Source: an uncultured Acidimicrobiales bacterium (GTDB lineage: Bacteria > Actinomycetota > Acidimicrobiia > Acidimicrobiales > CAZWDB01). Taken from it: 24,000 nt of DNA. The stretch lies in contig CAZWDB010000001.1 of NCBI GenBank assembly GCA_964632885.1, positions 93,462-117,461 on the forward strand. Reading direction: 5' to 3'. Below are positions 8,458 to 16,001 of this stretch, in pieces; position 1 is the stretch's first letter, and each line of letters opens with the position of its first letter. The notes under the pieces are model-generated. The model was not told where the DNA came from. It did no database searches and saw only the letters and a list, made by a program, of their open reading frames with translations. A program made the position numbers and the translations under genes.

Positions 8458-8536
8458 GGGCTTGACCTTAACTTGAGCGACAAGGTGCGGAAACTCGCCC
8501 GTGGTTGGCTTGAGCGCGGCCCGTAGGCTGGTCGAC

Positions 8537-9085
8537 GTGCCCGCAACACCGACGACGTGGGTGGTACTCCTGCGAGGGATCAATGTCGGCCGCGCCAAGC
8601 GCGTCGCGATGGCCGACCTGCGGGACCTGCTGAGCTCCCTCGGCTACGAGGACGTGCGGACGCTGTTGCAGAGCGGCAACGCCGTGTTCGGCGCCCCTGC
8701 CGGATCGCGCGCCAAGATCGAACAGGCCGTGTCCGGGGCCATCGAGGAACGACTCGGGCTCGAGGTCTCTACCGTCTCCCTCACCGCCGCTGAGCTCGAC
8801 GCTGTCGTCCAGGCCAACCCATTCGTGGCGCGTGGTGTCGATCCGAGCCACCTCCACGTTGTGTTCCTTGGGGCCAAGCCGCCGGCAGACCGGCTCGCCA
8901 CCGTTGATGCGAAGAGCCTGATGCCGGACGCGTTCGAGGTCGGTGACCGCGTGCTCTACGTGCACCAACCCGAAGGCTTCAAGGCGTCCCGGCTGCCCGA
9001 CTGGAGCACACTCCTCGGCATCACGGTGACCCAGCGGAACTGGAACACGACGACGCGCCTCCATGAGCTGGCACTGTCCTCCTGA
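8537..9085 (+). CDS. DUF1697 domain protein
   Basis: WVVLLRGINVGRAKRVAMADLRDLLSSLGYEDVRTLLQSGNAVF is the characteristic DUF1697 N-terminus. Start is GTG 8537 or the ORF-track start 8501. Confidence 0.75.
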   Translation: MPATPTTWVVLLRGINVGRAKRVAMADLRDLLSSLGYEDVRTLLQSGNAVFGAPAGSRAKIEQAVSGAIEERLGLEVSTVSLTAAELDAVVQANPFVARGVDPSHLHVVFLGAKPPADRLATVDAKSLMPDAFEVGDRVLYVHQPEGFKASRLPDWSTLLGITVTQRNWNTTTRLHELALSS

Positions 9086-9152
9086 GATCCTTCGCGGGTG
9101 AGGCGCGAGGCCTCGGGCGGCAGATGCCGCTAGATGGGTCGAGAATGCCGCT

Positions 9153-10541
9153 ATGGCGTTCCGCACGATCATCGAGCCGTTCCGCATCCATTCCGTCGAG
9201 CCCCTTCGGATGACGGACCAGGAGTACCGGCGCGAAGCGTTGGTGGCGGCGGGCTACAACCTGTTCGGTCTCCACTCTGCCGACGTGTTGATCGACCTGC
9301 TCACTGACTCGGGCACGGGCGCGATGTCGAGCGAACAGTGGGCGGGCGTCCAGCGCGGCGACGAGAGCTATGCCGGATCACCTTCGTGGTTCCGGTTCCT
9401 CGAAGCGGTAACGGACCTGTTCCCCTTCGGGCACGTGATCCCCACCCATCAGGGGCGCGCGGCGGAGAAGATCCTCTTCACGGTCATCGCCGGGCCGGGA
9501 AAGGTCGTGCCCAACAACACCCATTTCGACACCACGCGGGCGAACGTCGAAGCCACCGGCGCAGAGGCGGTCGACCTCGTGATCCCAGAAGGGCTGGATC
9601 CCGCTGATTCACATCCGTTCAAGGGGAACATGGATCTCGACCGGCTGGACCAACTGTTGCGCGAGCGGTCGGCCGATGTCCCGGCGGTGTTCGTCACGAT
9701 CACGAACAACTCGGGCGGGGGTCAGCCGGTATCGCTCGAGAACCTGCGGGGCGTGCGAGCGGTCACGGAGGGTTACGGAATACCGCTCTTCCTGGACGCG
9801 TGCCGGTTCGCCGAGAACGCCTGGTTCATCAGGGAGCGTGAGCCGGGACAGCAACATAGAACGGTGCGAGAGATCGTGCTCGAGATTGCTTCGCTCGCTG
9901 ACGGGATGACGATGAGCGCCAAGAAGGACGGCCTCGCCAACATCGGTGGGTGGCTGGCGATGCACGATGACGACCTCGCCGAGCGCTGCCGCAACCTGCT
10001 CATCCTCACCGAGGGCTTTCCCACCTATGGCGGCCTCAGCGGGCGCGATCTGGAGGCAGTGGCCCAAGGTCTGAGCGAGGTCGTCGAGCACGACTACCTC
10101 CGCTACCGCATCCGGTCCACGGGGTACCTCGGTGACGGACTGATTGCCGCGGGCGTTCCGGTCGTGAGGCCGATCGGTGGCCACGCCGTGTACATCGACG
10201 CGCGTGCGCTCCTCCCTCACGTCCCGCCGCTGGAGTACCCCGGCCAGTCCCTCGCCGTGCACCTCTACGAGCTGGGGGGTATCCGGACGTGCGAGATAGG
10301 AACCGTGATGTTCGGGAGTCAGCCCGACGGGACCGAGCGCCCCGCTGCTCTCGATCTCGTCCGTCTCGCGGTGCCCAGGCGCACGTACACCCAGAGCCAC
10401 ATCGACTACGTCATCGAAGTGTGCGGGGAGGCGGCTGCTCGCGCCGCGGATCTTGCCGGTTACCGCATCGTGGACGAACCGAGGACCCTCCGGCACTTCA
10501 CCGCGCGCTTCGAGCCGCGGAGTGGGGTCAACCAGGGTTGA
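9153..10541 (+). CDS. tnaA: Tryptophanase (beta-eliminating lyase, PLP-dependent)
   Basis: 462 aa and colinear with my recollection of E. coli TnaA: EPFRI, DLLTDSGTGAMS, THQGRAAE, NTHFDTTRAN, NNSGGGQPVSLENL, FAENAWFIRERE, PLP-lysine motif MSAKKDG, EGFPTYGGL, LLPHVPPLEYPGQSLA, RLAVPRRTYTQSHIDYVIE and RHFTARF. FDTT and SAKKD favour tryptophanase over tyrosine phenol-lyase (FTTT and SGKKD). Confidence 0.85.
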   Translation: MAFRTIIEPFRIHSVEPLRMTDQEYRREALVAAGYNLFGLHSADVLIDLLTDSGTGAMSSEQWAGVQRGDESYAGSPSWFRFLEAVTDLFPFGHVIPTHQGRAAEKILFTVIAGPGKVVPNNTHFDTTRANVEATGAEAVDLVIPEGLDPADSHPFKGNMDLDRLDQLLRERSADVPAVFVTITNNSGGGQPVSLENLRGVRAVTEGYGIPLFLDACRFAENAWFIREREPGQQHRTVREIVLEIASLADGMTMSAKKDGLANIGGWLAMHDDDLAERCRNLLILTEGFPTYGGLSGRDLEAVAQGLSEVVEHDYLRYRIRSTGYLGDGLIAAGVPVVRPIGGHAVYIDARALLPHVPPLEYPGQSLAVHLYELGGIRTCEIGTVMFGSQPDGTERPAALDLVRLAVPRRTYTQSHIDYVIEVCGEAAARAADLAGYRIVDEPRTLRHFTARFEPRSGVNQG

Positions 10542-10572
10542 CACGGTGGCCTGGGTCAACATAGGTTGACCC
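10527..10572 (+). promoter_or_regulatory. Putative leaderless promoter overlapped by two GTCAAC-N4-GTTGAC palindromes (candidate operators)
   Basis: Palindrome A is GTCAACcaggGTTGAC (10527-10542) and palindrome B is GGGTCAACatagGTTGACCC (10553-10572), centres 28 bp apart. TTGACA (10538-10543), an 18-nt spacer, then TAGGTT (10562-10567, TANNNT type). The A of ATG 10574 lies 7 nt after the -10. Confidence 0.5.
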
Positions 10573-10573
10573 T

Positions 10574-10804
10574 ATGAGCGAGGCAACGCGGCTGGCCGGA
10601 GCGGCCAGCAACAAGGACCCTGCCGTCGGCTTGCGGGCGGTGCGGGCGCTGCGGGACCTCCTCGAGGATCTCGAGGGCCTCCAAGTCGAGAATGCCCGCT
10701 CGGCCGGCTGGTCGTGGGAGCGCATCGCAGGCGCGCTTGGGGTGACGAAGCAGGCCGTGCACAAGAAGTACGCCGGCCGCCGACTGCTGAGAAGGGGGAA
10801 GTGA
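10574..10804 (+). CDS. Small helix-turn-helix protein, first gene of an HTH + Clp_N module
   Basis: 76 aa. ARSAGWSWERIAGALGVTKQAVHKKY is an HTH-like segment. The stop is 2 nt before the downstream ATG (10807), which has its own SD (GGGGGA). Confidence 0.6.
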   Translation: MSEATRLAGAASNKDPAVGLRAVRALRDLLEDLEGLQVENARSAGWSWERIAGALGVTKQAVHKKYAGRRLLRRGK

Positions 10805-10806
10805 CG

Positions 10807-11381
10807 ATGTTCGAGCGGTTCACTCGCCGGGCGCGACAAGCGCTGGCCACTGCGCAGGAGGAAGCCACCAGCCTGGGACACAACTTCCTTGGCACCGAGC
10901 ACATCCTGCTGGGCCTGCTCCGGGAACCACATGGTGTAGCCGCCGGCGTACTCGGCGCGTGTGGAGTGTCCTACGAGGCGGCGCGCCGTACTGTCCTCGC
11001 GATCCTCGGCTCCGATCCGGAAGGTGTCGGACTGCGCGACGCGGATGCCCTTGCCACGATCGGTATCGATCTGGAAGCCGTCCGGTCGTCGGTTGAAGAG
11101 GCCTTCGGGGAGGGCGCGCTCGAACGATCGAGGCTCGGGCGAAACGGACGGGAGGCGCGCCGAAATTCGCGCCACGAGCGAAGGAGGTCGTCGAACTGTC
11201 GCTCCGTGAGGCCCTCAGTCTCGGCCACAGCTACATCGGGACCGAGCACCTCCTCTTGGCGATTCTCCGCCTCGGGGAGGGCGTCGCCTACCTGACGATC
11301 GACCGGCTGGTGTCGGAGCGGCCCGACGAGATCCGGGGCCTGGTCATGGAACGCCTGGAGCAACTCGGGCAGGGTGCCTGA
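10807..11381 (+). pseudogene. Clp N-terminal (Clp_N/ClpR repeat) domain protein, interrupted by a 1-nt frameshift
   Basis: Repeat 1 in frame 1: MFERFTRRARQALATAQEEATSLGHNFLGTEHILLGLL. Repeat 2 is readable only in the -1 frame from about 11160: KFAPRAKEVVELSLREALSLGHSYIGTEHLLLAILRLGEGVAYL...LGQGA* (stop 11379-11381). The span is 575 nt, one short of a multiple of 3. Frame 1 continues as arginine/serine-rich nonsense to 11295. Confidence 0.7.
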
Positions 11382-11423
11382 GCATCGTGGACGGTGGGAT
11401 GCGCGGCGGCTGCTCGACGGCGA

Positions 11424-12845
11424 TCAGAAGAAGACGTGGTCTGTGTAGATCCCGGTGTGCTGGGCGTCGTCGGGGATCCGGGCGCTCGTCCCTGTGTTGA
11501 AGCGGTACGCCTCGACCGTGCTCTTCATCTGCCGTAGTAGAGGCTGGCCACGAGAGCCGCGTGAGGTGAAGATCGACAGTTGGTCGATGCCGCGTTCGTC
11601 GAGGGCGGTACTCCACGCTCCGAGCAGCTGCCGGAACGCGTCGTCGGCACCATCGACGAAGCCGTAGTCCATGACGTGGCCCCGCCGGCTCCGGGTGACC
11701 TCACCGTCGCGCTCCGTCACGACCTGGACCTTGTTGCCTGCGGGCCAGATTCCGAGCACGGCTCCGTCGGCGAGGAGCACCTCGTCCCACGAGTAGAGCG
11801 GGTCCCGCTCGAGGCGCTCGACGAAGGACTGCTCGGTGTAGGGGAGGTAGAACTCTTCGCCGTCGTGGAAGGTGTTGAGGATCTCGACGATCTCGGGGGC
11901 ATCAGCGCGGGTGGCCCGCCGAACGCCACTGGCAGTCGTGGCAAGCGAGGCGGTCGGTAACAGGAGGCGGTAGACGGTCGGCACCCACTCGCGTGCCACG
12001 AAGTCCGGCCGGGACTGGACCTGTTCGGCGACATGGGACCAGGCGGGGTTCTCGATCATGAAGTACCCGACGTAGAGATCCGTCCTTCCGCGGTAGCGCC
12101 ACCAGACCGCGTTGTCGAAGGCGCCCCACAGTCCCTTCCGCTGGTGTTTGGGCAGGATCCGAAGGTGGATGAAATACGTGGTACGGGCTTCCTCCCCGCC
12201 GAACTTGGTGCGACCGCGGGCGCCCCATGCCACACCAGCCGGTTCGCCCTCGACTTCGGCGATGCAGACCATCACGTCTTCCATCAGCCGCGCGGCGGCA
12301 AAGTAGTCGTCGCCCCGGTCGGTAGCGATGCGCGTGTCACCCAGCACCACCGGAGCACCGCGCTCGATCTCAGCGAGTGTCGCGGCGTCGTCGGCCGTTG
12401 CCTCGCGGATCTGTAGGTCGAAGTCGAAGACGCGCTCCCACCTCTCGACCTCGATGCGATGAGGCTGACTCTCCTCAACCATGAAGGTGATCTTCTGGCG
12501 GTGGCCCTTCTCAGGAGCGAGCACGACGGCGACCTCGCTCGGGGACGACTCCTCGATCGACTGGATCGAGAACGGGCCGAATCCGTTCCAGTCATCGATC
12601 CACTTCCTCCGACCTTCGTCGTCGCCTTTGAACCAAGGCGACTGGGGCCACATGTCGACGTAGCGGCTGAGGACGTCGGCTGCCGACAACGTCTCGGGAC
12701 GCTCCACTCCGTCGAGCCACCACGCGAGCTGATGTCCAGCAGGAGTGTCGGGAATGTCCGGTCTATCCACACCGGAAGGGTTGTGGCCGTGGCGCCTGGA
12801 TGCAACTGATTTGCTGGCGCGATCGGGTTGCGGAAGTGCGAGCAT
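11424..12845 (-). CDS. Multidomain protein with tandem GNAT-like acyltransferase domains
   Basis: 473 aa. Two segments start IREATADDAATLAEIE and VRRATRADAPEIVEILN, as GNAT domains do. A HQRKGLWGA-type acyl-CoA loop is present. The N-terminal roughly 130 aa (HQLAWWLDGV...) resemble Cpe/LpqF-type N-domains. Domain calls are pattern recognition only. Confidence 0.55.
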   Translation of the reverse strand: MLALPQPDRASKSVASRRHGHNPSGVDRPDIPDTPAGHQLAWWLDGVERPETLSAADVLSRYVDMWPQSPWFKGDDEGRRKWIDDWNGFGPFSIQSIEESSPSEVAVVLAPEKGHRQKITFMVEESQPHRIEVERWERVFDFDLQIREATADDAATLAEIERGAPVVLGDTRIATDRGDDYFAAARLMEDVMVCIAEVEGEPAGVAWGARGRTKFGGEEARTTYFIHLRILPKHQRKGLWGAFDNAVWWRYRGRTDLYVGYFMIENPAWSHVAEQVQSRPDFVAREWVPTVYRLLLPTASLATTASGVRRATRADAPEIVEILNTFHDGEEFYLPYTEQSFVERLERDPLYSWDEVLLADGAVLGIWPAGNKVQVVTERDGEVTRSRRGHVMDYGFVDGADDAFRQLLGAWSTALDERGIDQLSIFTSRGSRGQPLLRQMKSTVEAYRFNTGTSARIPDDAQHTGIYTDHVFF

Positions 12846-12877
12846 TGGCTGGTGGCCGCGAACGGGAGGGCGGGTTG

Positions 12878-13459
12878 ATGACGTCGATGTATCACGAGGG
12901 CTCTCGCGCCCTCCAAGACCGGTTTGACAGCCGGAGGATCGCCGACCGGTTGGAAGAGGTGGTCGTCCACGAGGAGTTCTCGTCCGGCGACAAGGAGTTC
13001 ATCGAGCGATCGCCGATGTTCTTCCTCGCCACCGCAGACGCGGACGGTTGGCCCGACTGCTCCTACAAGGGAGGGATGCCAGGCTTCGTGCGGGTGGTCG
13101 ACCCGACAACGCTTGCCTTCCCGAGCTACGACGGCAATGGCATGTTCCGGAGCCTCGGCAACATCGCCGTGAACCCGAAGGTGGGGCTCCTCTTCCTCGA
13201 TTTCGAAAAGCCGAATCGGACGCGCGTGAAGGGGACAGCGGCGCTCCATTACGACGACGAGCTGCTCGCCTCCTTCGAGGGAGCGCAGCTCATCGTGCGT
13301 GTCACGGCCGAAGCGATCTTTCCGAACTGTCCGCGATACATCCACCGGATGGAGCTGGCCGAATACTCGGTGTATGCGCCGCGCGCAGACCACACACCGC
13401 CGGTTCCCGACTGGAAAGAGATGGAGGTGTTCCGGGATCACCTTCCCCGGCCGCGCTAG
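12878..13459 (+). CDS. Pyridoxamine 5'-phosphate oxidase-family FMN-binding split-barrel protein
   Basis: MYHEGSRALQDRFDSRRIADRL...ERSPMFFLATADADGWPDCSYKGG.PGFVRV...FPSYDGNGMFRSLGNI..NP.VGLLFLDF...R.RVKG is a recognisable PNPOx-like family. ATG 12878 is preceded by the SD GGGAGGG. Confidence 0.7.
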   Translation: MTSMYHEGSRALQDRFDSRRIADRLEEVVVHEEFSSGDKEFIERSPMFFLATADADGWPDCSYKGGMPGFVRVVDPTTLAFPSYDGNGMFRSLGNIAVNPKVGLLFLDFEKPNRTRVKGTAALHYDDELLASFEGAQLIVRVTAEAIFPNCPRYIHRMELAEYSVYAPRADHTPPVPDWKEMEVFRDHLPRPR

Positions 13460-13486
13460 ACGACAGCGTCGCCGCCGCGGGCCCAA

Positions 13487-13906
13487 CTAGCCGGGTTGCG
13501 TTCCGGTGACCCAGGCGAACTGCCACGTGTCGGTGTATTGCCGGAATGATGCGAGCTTGCCGGCACGGATCCCCCAGATGTGGCAGACCTGGGCGTCGAG
13601 AGGGTCTCCCGTGTTCGCTGCCTTGGCCCGGTAGCGGCCCTCGACGATGACGACTTCTCCCGCGTCGTGGAACCCGAAGGGATCGACCTCAAAGCTGTCG
13701 AAGCTGTCGGGGATGCGGGCGAACACGTTCGCAAGAACTGCGGCCGGACCATGGTGGCCGCCGGCCGCATGCCAGAGCGAGTGCTCGGCCTCGTCCCACG
13801 AGATGTCTGGGTCCATGGCGTTGACGACGGCGTCGATATCGCCGCGGCTGAACGCTCCGTAAGCGTCCTTCACGAGACGGACGTTCGGTGAAGTGGTATC
13901 GGTCAT
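13487..13906 (-). CDS. SnoaL-like / NTF2-fold protein
   Basis: VRLVKDAYGAFSRGDIDAVVNAMDPDISWDEAE...VIVEGRYRAKA..TGDPLDAQVCHIWGIRAGKLASFRQYTDT is the ketosteroid-isomerase-like pattern. I prefer ATG 13906 to 13957. Confidence 0.65.
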   Translation of the reverse strand: MTDTTSPNVRLVKDAYGAFSRGDIDAVVNAMDPDISWDEAEHSLWHAAGGHHGPAAVLANVFARIPDSFDSFEVDPFGFHDAGEVVIVEGRYRAKAANTGDPLDAQVCHIWGIRAGKLASFRQYTDTWQFAWVTGTQPG

Positions 13907-14105
13907 GGAGCCAGCATCGTCCTCGGGGCGGGAGCGAGCATCCTGCAAAGGGGCCATTTCGCTGAGGAACGCGCATGATCAAATCTGACCATCGCGCCGG
14001 CGTATCGACAGGTAGGGTTGCGGCGGTGGCCTTCAGTTGACCGCGGGCTCCTCCGCCTTCGAGTGCCTCCCATTCAGGTGATCGAAGACGAGACAGGAGA
14101 CAAAC

Positions 14106-14996
14106 ATGAGGATTCCCGAGGGTCTCGCCGCGTTCGCGGCGAATCAGGGCGCCGCCGGCACGGCGTGGTTGGACCGGCTGCCTGACCTGATCGACAGGTT
14201 TGCCCGCCGGTGGTGTGTGGACGAGCTCGCGACACTCGATGGCTGCGGCGAGGTGGCGTGGGTCGGAGGCGGACGGCGCGAGGGCGTGGAGGTGGTGTTG
14301 AAGCTTTCCTGGCCGCACGCCGAAGCAGCAACCGAGGCAGCCGGCCTGCGGTTCTTTGACGGCCGGGGCGCGGCGGAACTGTTGGAGGCGGACGAGCCCG
14401 AGTTCGCGCTGCTCATTGAACGCTGCCGTCCAGGTGCAGACATCTGGTCGATCGGGCCGGAGCAAGCTCACCGCGTGGCTGCCTCGGTTCTCGAGCGGTT
14501 GTGGCGAGAACCGGGGGGCTCGGTGGCGCCGATCGGCACCCTCGCCGACACCGTGGCGGAGTGGAACGCGCAGTTCCCGTCAACGCGACAGTCCTACCCG
14601 GCGGCACTCGTCGGTGAGGCGACGGAGTTGGGCGTGGTGTTGAGCGAGTCCACCCGGAAGCCCGTCGTTGTGCATGGCGACTTCAATCCGTTCAACGTGT
14701 TGTCGTCGCGCCGCGACGGCTGGCTGGCCATCGACCCGAAGCCTCTACTCGGTGACCGCGCGTACGACCTGGCGCAGTACCTCGGGAACTGGATCGAAGC
14801 GGCGGATGAATCCGGTGACGCGGTGCGATGGATGGCCTCGGCGGTGGACTTCTTCGCCGACCGGCTCGCCCTCGATCCTTACCGGATCGCGGCGTGGGCG
14901 TTCGTCAAGTCCCTCGGTTGGAACTGGGGCGTGCACACGGCGCAGGTGTTCAAGACGCTGGCCGACCAGACCCGTGGCCGGTCGGTTAGTCGGTAA
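14106..14996 (+). CDS. Aminoglycoside/streptomycin 6-kinase-like phosphotransferase, APH(6) family
   Basis: 296 aa. Brenner-type catalytic motif VVHGDFNPFNVL followed by LAIDPKPLLGDRAYDLAQ. The N-terminal WLDRLPDLIDRFARRW is typical of StrA/APH(6)-like proteins. SD AGGAGA lies upstream. Confidence 0.75.
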   Translation: MRIPEGLAAFAANQGAAGTAWLDRLPDLIDRFARRWCVDELATLDGCGEVAWVGGGRREGVEVVLKLSWPHAEAATEAAGLRFFDGRGAAELLEADEPEFALLIERCRPGADIWSIGPEQAHRVAASVLERLWREPGGSVAPIGTLADTVAEWNAQFPSTRQSYPAALVGEATELGVVLSESTRKPVVVHGDFNPFNVLSSRRDGWLAIDPKPLLGDRAYDLAQYLGNWIEAADESGDAVRWMASAVDFFADRLALDPYRIAAWAFVKSLGWNWGVHTAQVFKTLADQTRGRSVSR

Positions 14997-15435
14997 CCGG
15001 GGTCGCGAGGAAGACGGGGATCCGTCGGGAGGTGCGCTCCTGGTACTGGGCATAAGGTGGGAAGGCGGCCACGGCGCGTTCCCACCAAGTATCCCGTTCG
15101 ACGCCATCGAGTTCCCGTACCCGGACCGGGAAGGGTGCCGGACCGTCCTGCACCAGAACGGCGTCTGGGTTGGATCGGAGATTGTGCACCCACACCGGGT
15201 GCTTCGGTGCGCCGCCCATGGAGCCGATGAGGGCGTAGTCGCCGTCGTGTTCGACGCGCATCAGCGCGATCTTCCGCTGCTTCCGGGATTTCTTGCCCGA
15301 CATGGTGACGATGACAATTGGCAGTCCGGTATCGCGAAGGGTGTGTCCCTCGCGTCCGCCCGTGCGCTCGTAGACCTCCACTTGGTCGCGGACCCACCGG
15401 ACGGGGCTTGGTTCGTAGTCGCCTTCGAGGGTCAC
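14986..15435 (-). CDS. Deazaflavin (F420)-dependent nitroreductase family protein (Ddn-like)
   Basis: 149 aa. LPIVIVTMSGKKSRKQRKIALMRVEHDGDYALIGSMGGAPKHPVWVHNLRSNPDAVLV...WWERAVAAFPPYAQYQERTSRRIPVF matches the Ddn/F420H2-dependent reductase pattern. GTG start. The 3' end overlaps the APH gene by 11 bp (convergent). Confidence 0.8.
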   Translation of the reverse strand: MTLEGDYEPSPVRWVRDQVEVYERTGGREGHTLRDTGLPIVIVTMSGKKSRKQRKIALMRVEHDGDYALIGSMGGAPKHPVWVHNLRSNPDAVLVQDGPAPFPVRVRELDGVERDTWWERAVAAFPPYAQYQERTSRRIPVFLATPVTD

Positions 15436-15474
15436 ACCACGACCCTAGACGGGCACCAACAGCGAGCTCGCCCG

Positions 15475-15523
15475 GAACTTGAGGCAATAACGATCGGATT
15501 CCGATCGTTATTGCCTCAAGTTC
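15475..15523. repeat. Palindromic intergenic element, copy 1 (49 bp: 24-bp arms, central T)
   Basis: GAACTTGAGGCAATAACGATCGGA-T-TCCGATCGTTATTGCCTCAAGTTC, a perfect inverted repeat. It lies between the yiaA-like stop (15562) and the Ddn-like start (15435). Confidence 0.9.
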
Positions 15524-15561
15524 GGCCGGCGGATGGTGGGGGTGATAGTGGGGGTGGGGGT

Positions 15562-15852
15562 TCAGGCGGCGGCGGTGAAGGGGTCGTGGTCGGACAGGAA
15601 GCGTTCGAGACGCGCCTCGTCGACCCGATGGACGACGGTGCTGGCCTCGTGCTGGTCGCGGACGCACTTGGCGAGAGTGAAACTCGACGTCACCGTGTAG
15701 AGGAGTCCCACCGCCAGGAACGAGCGGGTCCAGCCGGGCACGGGCAGATAGGCGATGCCCAACAGCACTCCCGTGATCGAGACGCCGAACGAGATCGCAG
15801 ACTGCGCGAAAAACGCCGACGTGGGCTTCTGGTTGATGGTTATGGCTGACAT
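15562..15852 (-). CDS. YiaA/YiaB-family small inner-membrane protein
   Basis: 96 aa with two predicted TM helices (FFAQSAISFGVSITGVLLGIAYL; RSFLAVGLLYTVTSSFTLAK) followed by CVRDQHE, as in the YiaAB two-helix domain. Confidence 0.6.
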   Translation of the reverse strand: MSAITINQKPTSAFFAQSAISFGVSITGVLLGIAYLPVPGWTRSFLAVGLLYTVTSSFTLAKCVRDQHEASTVVHRVDEARLERFLSDHDPFTAAA

Positions 15853-15952
15853 GGGACGAGCATGCGCCCCTCTCGTTCAGCGCACCATCCGGATTTGCCC
15901 CCAAAAGGTCCCACGGAACACCCCAAAGCTCGACCAGAGCCACGCCCGGCTC

Positions 15953-16001
15953 GAACTTGAGGCAATAACGATCGGATTCCGATCGTTATTGCCTCAAGTT
16001 C
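15953..16001. repeat. Palindromic intergenic element, copy 2 (49 bp, central T)
   Basis: Identical to copy 1 at all 49 positions. Its right end overlaps the typA stop codon (16000-16002) by 2 nt. Confidence 0.9.

Noticed and set aside
8458-8598. N-terminal extension of the carboxylesterase to 8598
   Set aside because: It would overlap the divergent DUF1697 gene by about 60-100 bp and adds 47 residues with no signal-peptide or esterase character. ATG 8457 gives a typical roughly 486-aa enzyme.
11097-11165. Programmed -1 ribosomal frameshift in the Clp_N gene
   Set aside because: I see no X XXY YYZ slippery heptamer and no obvious downstream stimulatory structure in the interval where the shift must occur. 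A 1-nt deletion in the GC run, or an assembly indel, is the simpler explanation.
15530-15564. Canonical G-quadruplex call for the G-rich tract
   Set aside because: Only three G runs of 3 or more are present, plus GG doublets, so it does not meet the four-tract G3+ rule. It is kept only as a low-interest compositional observation (rut-like C-rich tract on the mRNA).
14668-15943. Long ORFs 14668..15849 (+), 14879..15943 (-) and 15755..16375 (+) that read through the palindromes and contain ELEAITIGFRSLLPQV
   Set aside because: They cross real genes on the opposite strand or in other frames. The shared peptide is just the open third frame of the palindromic repeat, not evidence of a protein family in this window.
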